Positions 1 through 12,600 of a DNA stretch of 64,000 bases are shown here, in pieces. The number at the start of each line of letters is the position of its first letter. Within the stretch, counting starts at the first letter, position 1. The translations under genes and the position numbers were made by a program. Source of the stretch: Ramazzottius varieornatus (lineage: Eukaryota; Animalia; Tardigrada); NCBI GenBank assembly GCA_001949185.1, contig BDGG01000002.1, positions 4,144,448-4,208,447 on the forward strand. The letters run 5' to 3'. The notes below the pieces were generated by a model. It saw only the letters and a list, made by a program, of their open reading frames with translations. It was not told the origin of the DNA and searched no databases.

Positions 1-1858
1 AGAGATGAAATATGGAGCTGAACATGTTATCAAACTGTTCGTACCAGTGGCCATATGCATGTTGGTTGTAGTTAGTGTCATCACTTCGATTGAATTCTAC
101 ACTGAACGAGCTGGTTACCTGTAAGTGCCCATTCGAAGTTCTGTCTTTGCCCTGTGGTACTGCAGCACTAAGCAAGACAGGGAAACCTATTTGAATTGCA
201 TGGTGGAGTTCCCCTTCCGGTCCGTTCGGAAATTTTGTTTTGATAGCGAAGCTACCGATATTTGGTATTCTCTGACAGGATCTACACGCCGTTTCACGAG
301 ACGTCAACGGATACAGGCACGAAGATCTGGAACTCGTTGGCGAATGCGGGAATTATGATTTCCGTTGTTATTGTTATGACAGTGTTGCTCATAACGCTGT
401 ACAAGTATCGTTGCTATAAGGTACGTAAGGGGATATCTCTTTGGAAACTCTTCCGAATCAACACTGTCGTTTGTGGAAACGAGCATTTTAAATTCGATTA
501 TCGATTGCATGTTGTCAAAAATCACCTGCTGATTAATTATCGATTTTCCCTTGGTTCAGTTCATTCAAGGTTGGCTGATCTTCTCGTCGCTGACGCTGCT
601 CTTCATGTTTTCCTTCATCTTTTTGGGGGAAGTTCTACGCACTTACAACATTCCGATTGATCAGATTACGGTAGCCATCCTGATCTGGAACTTTGGGTGT
701 GTCGGCATGGTTTGCATCCACTGGAGCGGGCCGTTGTTTCTCCAGCAAGCTTACCTCATTGCCGTTAGCGCTCTAATGGCCCTGACATTCATCAAGTACT
801 TGCCGGATTGGACCACATGGGCAGTTTTAGTTGCCATCTCCGTGTGGGGTCAGTAAGCGAAAAACTAAGCATTCTGTTTTGTTCCTGGAAATATTGTTTT
901 GTAGATCTTATTGCTGTTCTCTGCCCGTATGGCCCGTTGAGGATCTTGGTTGAAACTGCACAAGAACGCAATGAGCCCATTTTCCCTGGACTGATCTACA
1001 CTTGTAAGTACAGCAAACCAATCATTTATGCCTTGAGTTTGCCATTGGGTTCAGACAGTAACGTCGGTTCTGCCTTTAGCGTCGGTGATATATGCGTACA
1101 CGATTCTGCTCAGCGACAACCCGGAACTGAGGAACTCACCTGCTGGACCTGCCTCCATTACGGCTCGTCCACATGCAGGGGCCGATATCGAGCGGCACAC
1201 AACGAACGGTGAAGCTGCGGAGGTTGTCGCTTCTACGACGGTTGCTACCACAGTTACTCGAGGAGCTCTAGCAGCAGGCTCGGGCGGTCGAGCCGAAAAC
1301 GCTCCTGCTGGTCCACGTCGAGTACCAGCCCCGCGACCACCTGTTGATCCTGATCTCGAAGAGGAAGAGCGTAAGACAGACCTCCTGTGTCATTACGCTT
1401 CATGTTCGATGTTTCAACTGTTCTGCCTTGTAGGAGGGATCAAATTAGGATTGGGAGATTTCATCTTCTATAGTATTTTAGTAGGGAAGGCTTCTTCATA
1501 CGGCGACTGGACAACGACGTTGGCGTGCTTCATAGCAATACTAATTGTAAGTGCTAATGACCTCTGGAGTGTTGATAGACTGCTCGAACTTCGAAAAAAA
1601 CATACATTACTTTTGGGCGGTTTTCGAATTGATGGTGTCACATGGGCCCGTTCGTACAATAACTGAAATTCAGGAGAAATAAGCGAGGAGTCTGGTTTGT
1701 AGGGACTGTGTCTGACCCTGTTGTTGCTGGCCATGTACCGGAAGGCTCTACCCGCTCTACCGATCTCAATCATCTTCGGCGTTGTTTTCTACTTTTCTAC
1801 TAGCAATTTCGTCACACCGTTCCTTGAGGCTTTGTCCAGCCAACAGATATTTTTATAG
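1..1858 (+). CDS. PSEN: Presenilin (gamma-secretase catalytic subunit), multi-exon, 5' end outside the window
   Basis: Spliced translation gives [34 protein letters not shown]|[45 protein letters not shown] and [10 protein letters not shown]. Both catalytic Asp motifs and PAL are present; TAG at 1856-1858. Confidence 0.97.
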
Positions 1859-2545
1859 CGCTTTCACTCACTAAAATTACCTTTGCTACATTGCACTTGC
1901 TTCTCATTGTCGCAGTCACGAAATACTTTTATGGACAAGAAAAGTTTTCGGCGTTAGGAGGCTGGTAATCGTTTTTTATTGTTTCTATATATGGATCGAT
2001 TTGACAGCTTTCTTCGTTCTTGTTTGATCCGAATAAATTTATTGTTGTAATTAATTAGGTTGATTTCAAAATAATGCAAAGTTGCGGTTAATGAATCACG
2101 AGACTCGATTTGGTTGAAGATTTCGGTGTGCGGAAGTAGGACTGATTCACTCTTCATCTTTTTGTATTTTATTTTATCATGGTTTATTGTCCTGTGAAGC
2201 ACCCGGATATGTTTTGTCGAATGTTACCTGTTTTCGGCGAAGTAGTTTGACAATTCTTGAGTAGAAAAAGACTCCATGAGTCTAGTCACCCAAGGTGTCT
2301 CAAGCTGGTTTACCTTCATTGTTGCGCCTTTCGTTATGATTATCAACGATGTGTTGAATGCCCAGAAGCTTTCTTTGCACCAGCAACGCTAACCTGAACC
2401 TTTTGTTATGTAATTCAACAGTAAATATAAACCCAACTATTTCATAAAACTGACCACCTAACTTCGCCATTCATTTATCCATGCTCAAAAATATCCTAAA
2501 TTGTTTTTCGAACTTTGGTGGGGATTTTAAAATACATACCTCCAA

Positions 2546-5500
2546 ATGATGCCAAAAATGTTGCTTCTATTCATGCTCGTTGCATCCTGCCTCAGTCATG
2601 AAATTGTTCGGCAGAAACGGCAAGACTTTCAATTTCCAGATTTTTCCCGCGAAATGTTTGGACGAAGTGATACCTCGGATATTTTCTCGAATAACAATGC
2701 AAATTTCCCGAATCTCTTCAACCAAAAGTTCACCAGTTTCAGTTCCACGCCCTTCGGGAGCTTTTCCTTCCAGCCTTCTTTTTCGATCCCAGCAGCACCC
2801 GCTGCTTCCAGCTCCAGCTCTTTTCCCTCGTTTGATAAACTAGCCAGTGCTTTCGGCTCGAACATGGCGAAACCTACCATCACTTCCTTCTTTGACTCGT
2901 CCCAAAATGTCCATCCTCAACAGCGACCTGAAGTGCCCACTATGGATTTTGCGTCTTTTGGGTCGCCACCAGCACCCAGTCCGCAGAGCATGAATCTGCA
3001 GCTACCAGCTTTCACTTCGAACTTCCCTACCCAGTCATGGGACATTACGTCGGATATGAACTCCCAGATTGGAAATATCTTTAAGCAGAATGGCCAGTGG
3101 GCACTTCCTGCTAACTTCGTCCAGCAGAAGTTTGATGAAGCGTGGGCTAAGTCTACGGCGCAGTTTGGGACCATGCCAAGTGTCTCAGGTGGCGCGGCTA
3201 CCGGCTTTCCAACCTTGAAATTCGGTTCAGCAGGTAGCCAGAACGACATCTTTGCTGGCACCAAACCAGACTCCTTGGACATTGCGAAGAACGCTTTCAC
3301 GCTGGAAGACTTCTCCAAATCGCTTAGTAAACAGTAAGACAAGTTATCGAGCGTCTTCGAAAGTCAGGACAATGAAATTACCTTGGCGTCGCGAAGCTGC
3401 ATACACGAGTGTCATGCTTTGCATACAGTCATATGTATGCAGGTTCATGAATACACCCTGCTTTTGTGTTTCGACTTCCTCACCGGTTGATGTGTACTTT
3501 TGTGGTTTTCTTCTAGACTGAACCTAAACAAGACCTCTGCGGCTTTTACACTTCCTCTGGTATCCATCAACCCTAATACGGTGGCCCCAGCTGCCCAGCA
3601 GGTTCCGGCCACGGAAGTAGTTCCTGATGATACACCGATTGCAACGCCGGCTTCGCAGCCAGAATGTTCCGAACAGTAAGAGAATTAATAAAGTGCGCAA
3701 CACGTTAATTTTCAACGACAGGTGATCAATATTCTGCATTTTTTTCGAAAGTGCTATGGTTGTTTATTACTGGTGGATTTCAGACCTGCTATTCCGGTGT
3801 CGGAATTCTTGAACCCGGCGAGACAACCTGCATGTGCCAGGAACAAATACCGCACACACAGCGGAGAATGCAACAACCTTTGTTTTCCAACACGCGGCAA
3901 AGACTCCACTGTTTTCATTCGACTACTCGGTCCGGATTATGCAGATGGCATTGCAGAACCACGAAAAAATTCGCAAGGTCGACCACTCCCTTCTGCCCGT
4001 TTTGTCAGTTCCGCCCTCATCGGAAACAAAGTGCGGCTCGCACCGACTTGGACAAATATGGTATTTTACTTTATAACTCCCTTTCACAAGATGCTTTTCA
4101 TGGAGAATGGCTTGTTTACCGAGATACTGTTTTGCAGTTCATGGCTTTTGGACAGTTTACGGTATGCAATCACAATTTTTCCGCCTCCCGCCGCACTTTT
4201 GACAGTGGAATATTGTTGTAGGACCATGATCTCACTGTAAGTCGTGTTGGACCTGCGTTCACACTGATAAGACGTTTAGGGAATTCCTTTTTGATAGCAA
4301 ACACCCCGAGCCACATTATCAGATGATGCTCCTCAGTGCTGTGGAACCAAAAATCCACATCCGCAGTGTCTAAGTAAGCATTCACGTGGTTATGTGGAAT
4401 CCGGAAAAGCGCTTCTCATTCACTGTATATACTACTTTCCCCTTTTCCAGGTATCACCATTCCTGACAACGATCCGTTTTTCTCGAAGTAAGTATGGGGG
4501 TTCAGTGTGACCGGTCATGAATCATAAGGTCAAATTTCTAGGTTCGGTCAGACATGTATGGAGTTCGTGCGAAGTCTTCCAGGTGTACGGCCAGGCTGCC
4601 GGCTGGGTGGACGCGAACAGATCAACCAGCTAAGCGCGTTCATCGATGGTGGCCAAGGTACTGTAAAACCTTCACTGTGAATTTATGCCACTTATGACCT
4701 AATAGCCTGGAACCTCCAAGAGCTCATCTTGATGGAATGATCTTTGCAGTGTACGGAACCAAACAGAATGATGTCAAGAACCTTCGTACCTTCACAGACG
4801 GTAAGGAGATGAAGAGAGGCTCAAACATACTGCACAAGCACCCTCAAGCCTTAACATAACGCGACCTTATGCGGTTCTCCAGGTCGTCTGAAATCCATTG
4901 CCCCCATTCCAAGTAACCCTTCGTACACGCTGATGACGGGAGATGGCTCCAACACGTTATGCGTGGATGGTTCGAAGAAGAGATCCTGCTTCAAGGCCGG
5001 CGACAACCGCTGTAACATTCAGGTAGGTGTGCTTGTTATTGGTCTCCTCAGAGAACTTCTCTTACTCTCGTCGAACTTTTCTGCATAAGGGCAGTTCGGA
5101 GCAGTCTTATACTTTGTAGATTGGACTGCAGACTCTGCACACCATATTTATGCGACACCACAACAATGTGGTAGGCCGTCTGCAGCGACTTAACCCGCAC
5201 TGGGATGACGAAACGCTGTACCAGGAAGGCCGGCGAATCGTCGGTGCTCAACTTCAACACATCACGTACAACGTAGGTCGACCCTTTATTACCTATCGCT
5301 CGATATTATTTAACATCCTGCTTGTCTTAATTGTAAACTCTGACCTAGGAATGGCTGCCGATGTTGTTGGGACCAGATGCCGTCAACAAAATGGGACTTG
5401 GATTGTTAACTAGTGGAAGATTTACCGGCTATAACGTCACGATACATCCAGGCAAGACCGAAAACGATTACGCTGATATCCGACGGAATACTTTACATTG

Positions 5501-6514
5501 TCGATTGTCACAGGTCTGATCAACGAGTTCGCAGCAGCCGCATTCCGAGCTGGTCACTCGATGGTGCCCGGCAAGCTGGATCGCCTGGACGCCAACTTTG
5601 AGCTCAAAAGCACTGTGCGAATGAGAGACACGTTCTTCAAGTCTAGCATGCTCTACGAGGACGGTGCTGTGGACGAGTTTGTGCGCGGGCTGACCAAGCA
5701 GCTGGGCAAAGGCATCGACAACAACGTCGTCTCCGACCTCTCCCAACAGCTCTTCAACTCCCAACCCAACACATTTGGACTAGATTTAGTCAGTCTGAAC
5801 ATACAACGAGGCCGTGACCATGGTCTTCCAGGTTATATGAAGTATCGCAGGCTGTGTGGTCTTCCGACCGTCGACAACTTTGGCGAACTGAGAAACCTCA
5901 ACAGTCTACCGGATGAAACCATCAACCGCCTGGCATCTGTCTATGAGTACGCACTTGCCCTTGAAGTTCGTTCGAGCGGTAATTTACTCGTGTATCTGGT
6001 AGATCGGTCGAGGATATTGACTTGTATCCAGCGGGCATCTCCGAGTTCCCTGTTGGTGGTGCCATCATTGGCCCTACCTTTGCCTGTATAATATCCGAGC
6101 AGTTCTGGAGGTTGCGGGTCGCTGATCGCTTTTGGTATGAGAACGACCTACCATTTCCTTCTCGCTTTAGCGACGGTGAGTACTACCACAGAACCTTCTT
6201 TCGCCAACATCTTGGAACAGTTCATTTGCGAGTATGACTTCGATCGCTGCTGTGTCTATCCTACAGCCCAACTTGCACAAATACGGAAGACCACCCTGGC
6301 ACGAATCCTTTGTGATTCCGTGCCTGGTATCCAGTCCGTTCAACTCAACGTCTTCGAATCGATCTCCAACTCGTAAGTCAATTTTGCCATTGTTGTTGCC
6401 CATGATGTACCTTCCCCACTAAGGCACAGTGGATGCTTTTGCTGCAGAAATCCTCGTGTTCCATGCAATCAGATACCGACCGTCAGTTTCAAGTCGTGGA
6501 CTGGCGCGGCATAA
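2546..6514 (+). CDS. Secreted animal heme peroxidase (chorion peroxidase/peroxinectin-like) with a long Ser/Phe/Pro-rich N-terminal extension; many exons
   Basis: Signal peptide plus RQKR in exon 1 (2546-3333). Phase-consistent splicing to 3517-3675 and 3784 onward. Motifs: [23 protein letters not shown]|[66 protein letters not shown] at 6512-6514. Confidence 0.9.
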
Positions 6515-6656
6515 GGGAACGCCGGCCGCGAATTATCGTTAGCGGTAATCCATTGTTTTACTGCCCGGTGTCCTCCACAGCTTACATGCTTCACAATTCT
6601 TAGTAAAACATGCTAATAAGAGAATGGTAAGAGTGATGAAATTGAAAAGTAGAAAC

Positions 6657-9600
6657 TTACGTTAGAAGCCGAACATCATTGTTGAGAAAAAGTAAATTGT
6701 AAATCTTAGCGAAGTGTTCTTTCCGCAAACGTTTCTTCCACACGTTAACAGAAGCCGAACCTCGAAAGACCTGCCGTAGAATCAAATCCGCTACACCCGC
6801 ATACACCTTTTCGCTTCCCGTCGAAAAGGCCAATATCTCAATCAGAGCTTCCGGCTCTTCATGAGCGGAACTCTCGTAAATGATCCACGCAACCCAGTTG
6901 TCACCAGCCTTGTCACAGAACCAAGTGCGTCTAGCCAACTGAAAGATGGCAGCCAGACCTCGATCCGCTGACATGGTCTCATGTACCTTCGAGAACTTCC
7001 TCATGGCCACCACTACATTGTCTGCTTTCTCAACAGGCCGAGAAATGTTCTGACCAAACCATCGTATGAAATCTTTCGCTTGGTTATTACCCCTATCCTC
7101 GTCGAACCGCATATCGTGTTTACCGTTGTACACCGGAGAAGGGTAGACTGCCACACCACCCTTCTGCAAAATGGTCTTCAGTTCCATCCAGTCGTTATCA
7201 CCTATTGGAAAAAACAGTAAAAGAGGGAAGTTAGATGAGTTACAAAAGAGGCGAAACATACGCGCGCGAAGGGAAAGTTTAAAGCAGTAAAAAGTCTGGA
7301 CCAGGCGATTCCGAAGCAGCGGAACGGAAGTACGTACGTGTGGAATTCGCACTAATGCGTTTTTTGGCAAATTTCTATGGTTGAATTTTGACTTTGCCGT
7401 CTTTCCCGTCTAATTCAAATTTTTTACTGCTCCAAAATTTCCCTTCGCGCGTCTACCTTTGTTGAATGTGATCCACCGCTTCCCACTAGCAAACCGAATT
7501 TCTTTGAGCTGGGTAAACTCAGGCAAGACACACGGCGTTGCCACCAGCTCGTGCTTCCATATGTCCAAGTCGAGACTGTCAACATCATCGGTGAATACAA
7601 GCCTGATGGTCGACTGTAGCGACTTTCCGCCATGTACACTTCTCGTCATGGCTAGTCGATTCTCCACTGCCAGAACACTGCAAGCAAAATCATTTCATTA
7701 TACTGCTCCACCAGTTACGTTTCAAGGTAAAAATTGTACAACTTTACAATCGAATCAGGTGAACATACTAGAGATGGCGAAAGGCTTGTAGATGGTATCG
7801 GTTATCAGCAGGTCCTTTCGGCCACATGGGGAAGAACGCAATGAGCATCGCAGCGATGGCTTCATTGGAAGTTCCCAGTGTCTGCATACCACAGCTGAGG
7901 AATAGTAGGCCAACGGCCATGTGGACGCCCATTTGGTGTCCGTAAGTAATGGACATGCGAGGTCTTCCGTGCATAAAACGCAGAAGTCTCAGCACGTGCA
8001 GGTCGCCAGTACCGGCCATAACCATCGAGATGGCGAGAAGGATGTTGGTCAAGCAGGTCTGAATCAAGCCCTGACTGGAACGTCGGTAGACCCCCGGATC
8101 GTCCGTCCAGCGACTCAGCATGTCGGCCATGTTGGTCAACAGCTGTCGAGCGGCTTCGTCGGCAGTACCTGCGTACCGGAAACCTAGGGCAAGGCCGGTG
8201 CCAGCCAGGATATAAAAGTAAGCCTGAGTCAAGCTTATCTGAAACCAAAAAGAAAATTCACTGAAATATCAATTGATCTAAAACTGGCGCACTATTGCGG
8301 GGGTCCTCAACATCAAAGTGCGCGAGCTGACATGGGAAAGACAGATACACATTCACCGGCGCGGTTTTAAGTATGCATGCAATATTGTAGCACGCGAGTT
8401 GAAACGAAATCGCTGTTATCGCGAAAACAATCTTTGCTGAGGTTCGGTTTTCTTTTTCTACTGACTTACTACATCGTGGCCCATTCTTTCTAGGTCGCTG
8501 GTGTGCAAAAACACCGTCTTGGTAATCCACGTCGGGAAGTTGCTGTTGATCCATTTGTCGTTGGTTTCCACCGTGTTCCACATAATGAGCGAACGCGCTA
8601 CCACTTTTAGCATCAGGAAATCCGGCCTAGTCTCGTCCAGTTCTTGTAACGTCTTGGGCATCTCCATCCATGCGGCAATGTCAGCACGTTCAGTCTTCAT
8701 GTAGATCATAGCCAGTGCCAAGATGGCTCCAGGTGCGGTGATATGTGTGTTGATCAGCTGCTCGTCTCTTTCCTTCGCTCGCGTTGGTGGTATCACACCG
8801 GTCAACGTGGGATCGGCTCGTCGGATAGGGTTCGTCGACTTTCCATGCATACCTCCCATCATGTAGGTTCGTAGACGCTGAGGAATTTTCAAGTCAGCGA
8901 TTCCCAATCCACTTTCATTCCCCATACCGAGAAGGACAAATCTGTTGATACAGCAAACTATTCACTTTTTATGGCAGACATATTTTTACATTCCAAAGAA
9001 TGCTTACTTAAATTCTATAAAAAGGAAATCGTATCACCTTCAGGATAACTCAACCCACCCGAGACCGACAGCAGCAGCCAGTGAGGCCGATTCTCTTTCT
9101 GCCGAACCTTCCCTCGAGTTTCCTTCGGCATCAGTGAACACATTCCCTGACCAAATCTCCACTAAAAGCCTCTCACTCACAAAGCGGTTTGCAGAGCCCA
9201 TGTACAAGAGACCCAGTGACAACAGCGAAGCCACGTGGATACTGGGCGGAATGACCAGCTCAATACCAGAGTCAGGCACGAACGAAATGATGTGCAGCCC
9301 GATCATCCGGAAGTACCTCTTGTCCTGCGTACCTCTCTTGACGCAGGCCATACCCAGAATGACGGCTATGCTAACCGAATCCTCCAACCTCACCTGCAAA
9401 ATAGATAAGTCTAAATTATGCGTTCAGAGTTCCCTCGTTTGTTGATAGTACAACACTTTGGGAGCTCGGCAAACAAAGTCGACATGGTGTTTTGCCCTAG
9501 TTCTCGGTGTTTTCGGTATTCTTGCCCAGAAGCTTGCGCTAACGTTCTAGTTAGTCATAAGTTTCATGTCATCGAACTGTGGCGTACAATTTCGATAGTG

Positions 9601-12600
9601 GTTGTCACTTACCAGTAGGTTATGGAGTTCTACGGGATCAGTGTTAACGTCGATCAAGCCGTTAAGAGCCATCCCGAGGAACATTCCAGCGTACTCTACA
9701 GTCTCCTTCTTGGTCTGTTGGGTAGTGCAGAAGGCAAGCCAGTGATGGTCGAACTTGACGTTGTCTTGCTCATAGTGACAGAGCTGGAGACCAGTGGCCA
9801 CACCGTTGTGGAACCGCGGCCAAAAGTCGTGACCACTAGGAAGGTCCTCGTTCTTCAGCGTCACCTTCCGACCGGTGGCTCGCTCCACTCCAGTGTACAG
9901 CATGTCGGGTGCCGAAAGCTTCTCGGTCGCGTAGGCGAACTCGGATCGCAATGACAACATACCTGAAAAGATTGACTCAGAGCACTTGAGACGTTGGAAA
10001 ACGATTTCACCCAGACTACCATCCCAAGTGGCGCACTGCTTCACTATTATTAGCAGAAAGCGTGCGCCACTTGGGCATCTGCCAAAGTTTCAATGCTTTA
10101 TCTTGATTCTATTTGTTCACCCATTAATCTGGTTTGTTTTGAGAAGATGGTACCTCGTGCAACAGGTAGAGACATGGTACGAGCCACTACGCTCTTCAGC
10201 CATGCTTCCTGAGCCTTCCGGAACTCCACTTCGTTGATGAAATGCATTGGGTTCAACGGGATGGGAATCGGCTCGGACGTGGTCAGAAGCCTTTCTGCTT
10301 CTCGTACTCTTGCGTCCACCGCGAAGCGCTTCGTTATTAGGCTGTTCGGCAGTCCAGTGGATCCCTTTTTGACATCGGTCACCTCCACAGCTTCTGTCAC
10401 ATTTGGCAACGTCTTCTGTGTGATCTCTGCCAGGCTGATGTTACGGGTGCTGTCGTCTTCCAGAAGCTTCTTACAGCGCACTGCATCCTCCCGACCAGCG
10501 AGTTCATAGAGCAACGTTGACACCTTGTCGAATGTCTCGTGTTCAACCACAGCACAGAAAGCGGAGCGAATCGCCACTTGCAACGTTTGAGGAAGTAATC
10601 GAAGGTCTTCCATCATAAATCTCTCTTCATCCAAAAACTGCTGTACTTTCACCATCCTGTCTTCTTCTGATGCCTTCATGAGTATTCGCGTCAACAGTAT
10701 GAGTTTTCGTGAAACTGGGTTCGTCAGTCTAGCTACCGGAAACTTCGCCGTTGCCGCATTGGTCAAAATGCCTTCTAGAAACTTTACGATGGACGGTGGC
10801 TCCACCGGAAGCCGTGGTGCTTCTTTCGAGTTTCTGAACTGAACGGTAATGCGTTTGGGGGTAGCGACAGCATCTTTGAGTGGTTCTGCTTCGTAGTATT
10901 CCATCCACTGGGGAAGACTACAGACTTCCGCAAAGGCGTACATCCAATCAGACACGCAGCGCCTTTCTCGGCGCCAAATGTCACACAGCTGGGTCTCTTC
11001 GTACACCAAGTGCAGTGTGAAGAGAACTGCTTCAGCACGAACCTGACTGAAGTTCTTGTTATCAACGGCAACTGTGAAACCTATACACAGTGTAAGCGCA
11101 AACATCAGCCCCCGAATTTCCGGACGTGAAGATCTGAATGAGATTTTCTGTTTTCCAATACAACTACTGTATTTTTGAAATCTTACCGTTCGATCTGAAC
11201 GAGGATTGGGTCTTCAGCACGTCCCATTTTGAGCCATGTGAAAATCCGCCTTCTCGCGAGGAAGAAACTGAACAACCTAAAAGACCGAACAGAGTTCTGA
11301 AGAAAAGGTCCCACCGATCTTGCACGGAATGTGAAGGTCTTTCGGTGCTGCATGTGGTCTTTGACAGATCGACGAAGAGCCGACCGAAGAAGTCCGCGTC
11401 TGAATGTGTACGGAGGGCGACGAGACATTGTTCGATTACGTCTGTTGTGGGTCGATGGGGGATCTTCAGAAGCGACGAACCGTCTGACGTTCTGGCGATG
11501 AATTTGTTTCCGCTGCATGGTACCAAGCTGGTTATCTCTGGTATGACGGAACGAGCGTTCGTCGGAGTGTTGTTAAGCATCTGCACCGGGGAGAAATGCG
11601 GACTCCAAAACTGACGCACGAACCTGGTCACCTAAAACGAGCCCGATGTCAATATTATTTATTACGAACCGAAACTATTTTACAAAACAAATTGCAGGGC
11701 GGATTCTACGAATGCCTAGAATTTCAGTTGACATCCACAGAGATCATTAATTTTGCAGGTATAGATATCACAGGTAACTTGGAATATTCTTTCCTAACTC
11801 ACTTGTGGACTCGACGTAGTAGGTCCATCATTGCGCGTGACTTCTCCAATGTTATTTAGACTCGGAGAATACATATTCACGACATACAGCATCAAAGTCG
11901 GCGATGCATACACTCTGAGTTCTTTTGATGGATGGAGGACCACCATGACATGGTGTTTGGGCAAACACACAGCACTAACAGCTGGCAACGTCACCACCCC
12001 ATCCGCCGCCAGCCCTCCACCATCTGCCTTCTTCTTCAGCAGCACACATTTCAGGACATGTTGGGCTAACGATACAAAGCACAAATACGTCTGTTCGAAA
12101 CAGTCTACAAACAGGAAACTCTCATGTATTGGTTTCTGTCGGTATGCCACGGCGGTATCGCTCCAGAGGTGCACCATGGCGATCTTGGGAAAGGCTAGCT
12201 CGTCTGTGATGGGAAGAACCGGGTGGCCGGGGTGAGTCGTGCGAGCCAGACGCCGCGAAGACTGGCCACTTTGGAGGGAGTGGAGGGAGCCGGATCGGAG
12301 TTGACGTTGCGTGGGACTGTGGAAGAACGTGTGTTGGCCTTCGGAGTTGGTAGGCTGGGTCGTGGTCAGGATCTTGGAGTGTGGGAATATCCGCGTGGTA
12401 GAGCGGATGTCCTTAAGAGCGCTAGCTGGAACATTAGGCAAAGCTGAGTGCGAACCTGCACAACAACAAGGTTACCCAATACTCACATTACGTTACATGG
12501 TCATGACCTGCGAGGAACAGGATCTCGAAACAAGATAAAGTTTGTTTTTTCAAGCGGCGCACGCTTCCAACTAATGATACTGAAAGCGTGCGCCACTTGA

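Noticed and set aside
2546-3337. Stand-alone secreted 263-aa protein
   Set aside because: The stop overlaps a consensus donor and splicing continues in phase into the peroxidase, which otherwise lacks a start codon and signal peptide.
6657-7370. Independent 237-aa gene
   Set aside because: Better explained as the last exon of APC1; the ORF's 5' part is intronic.
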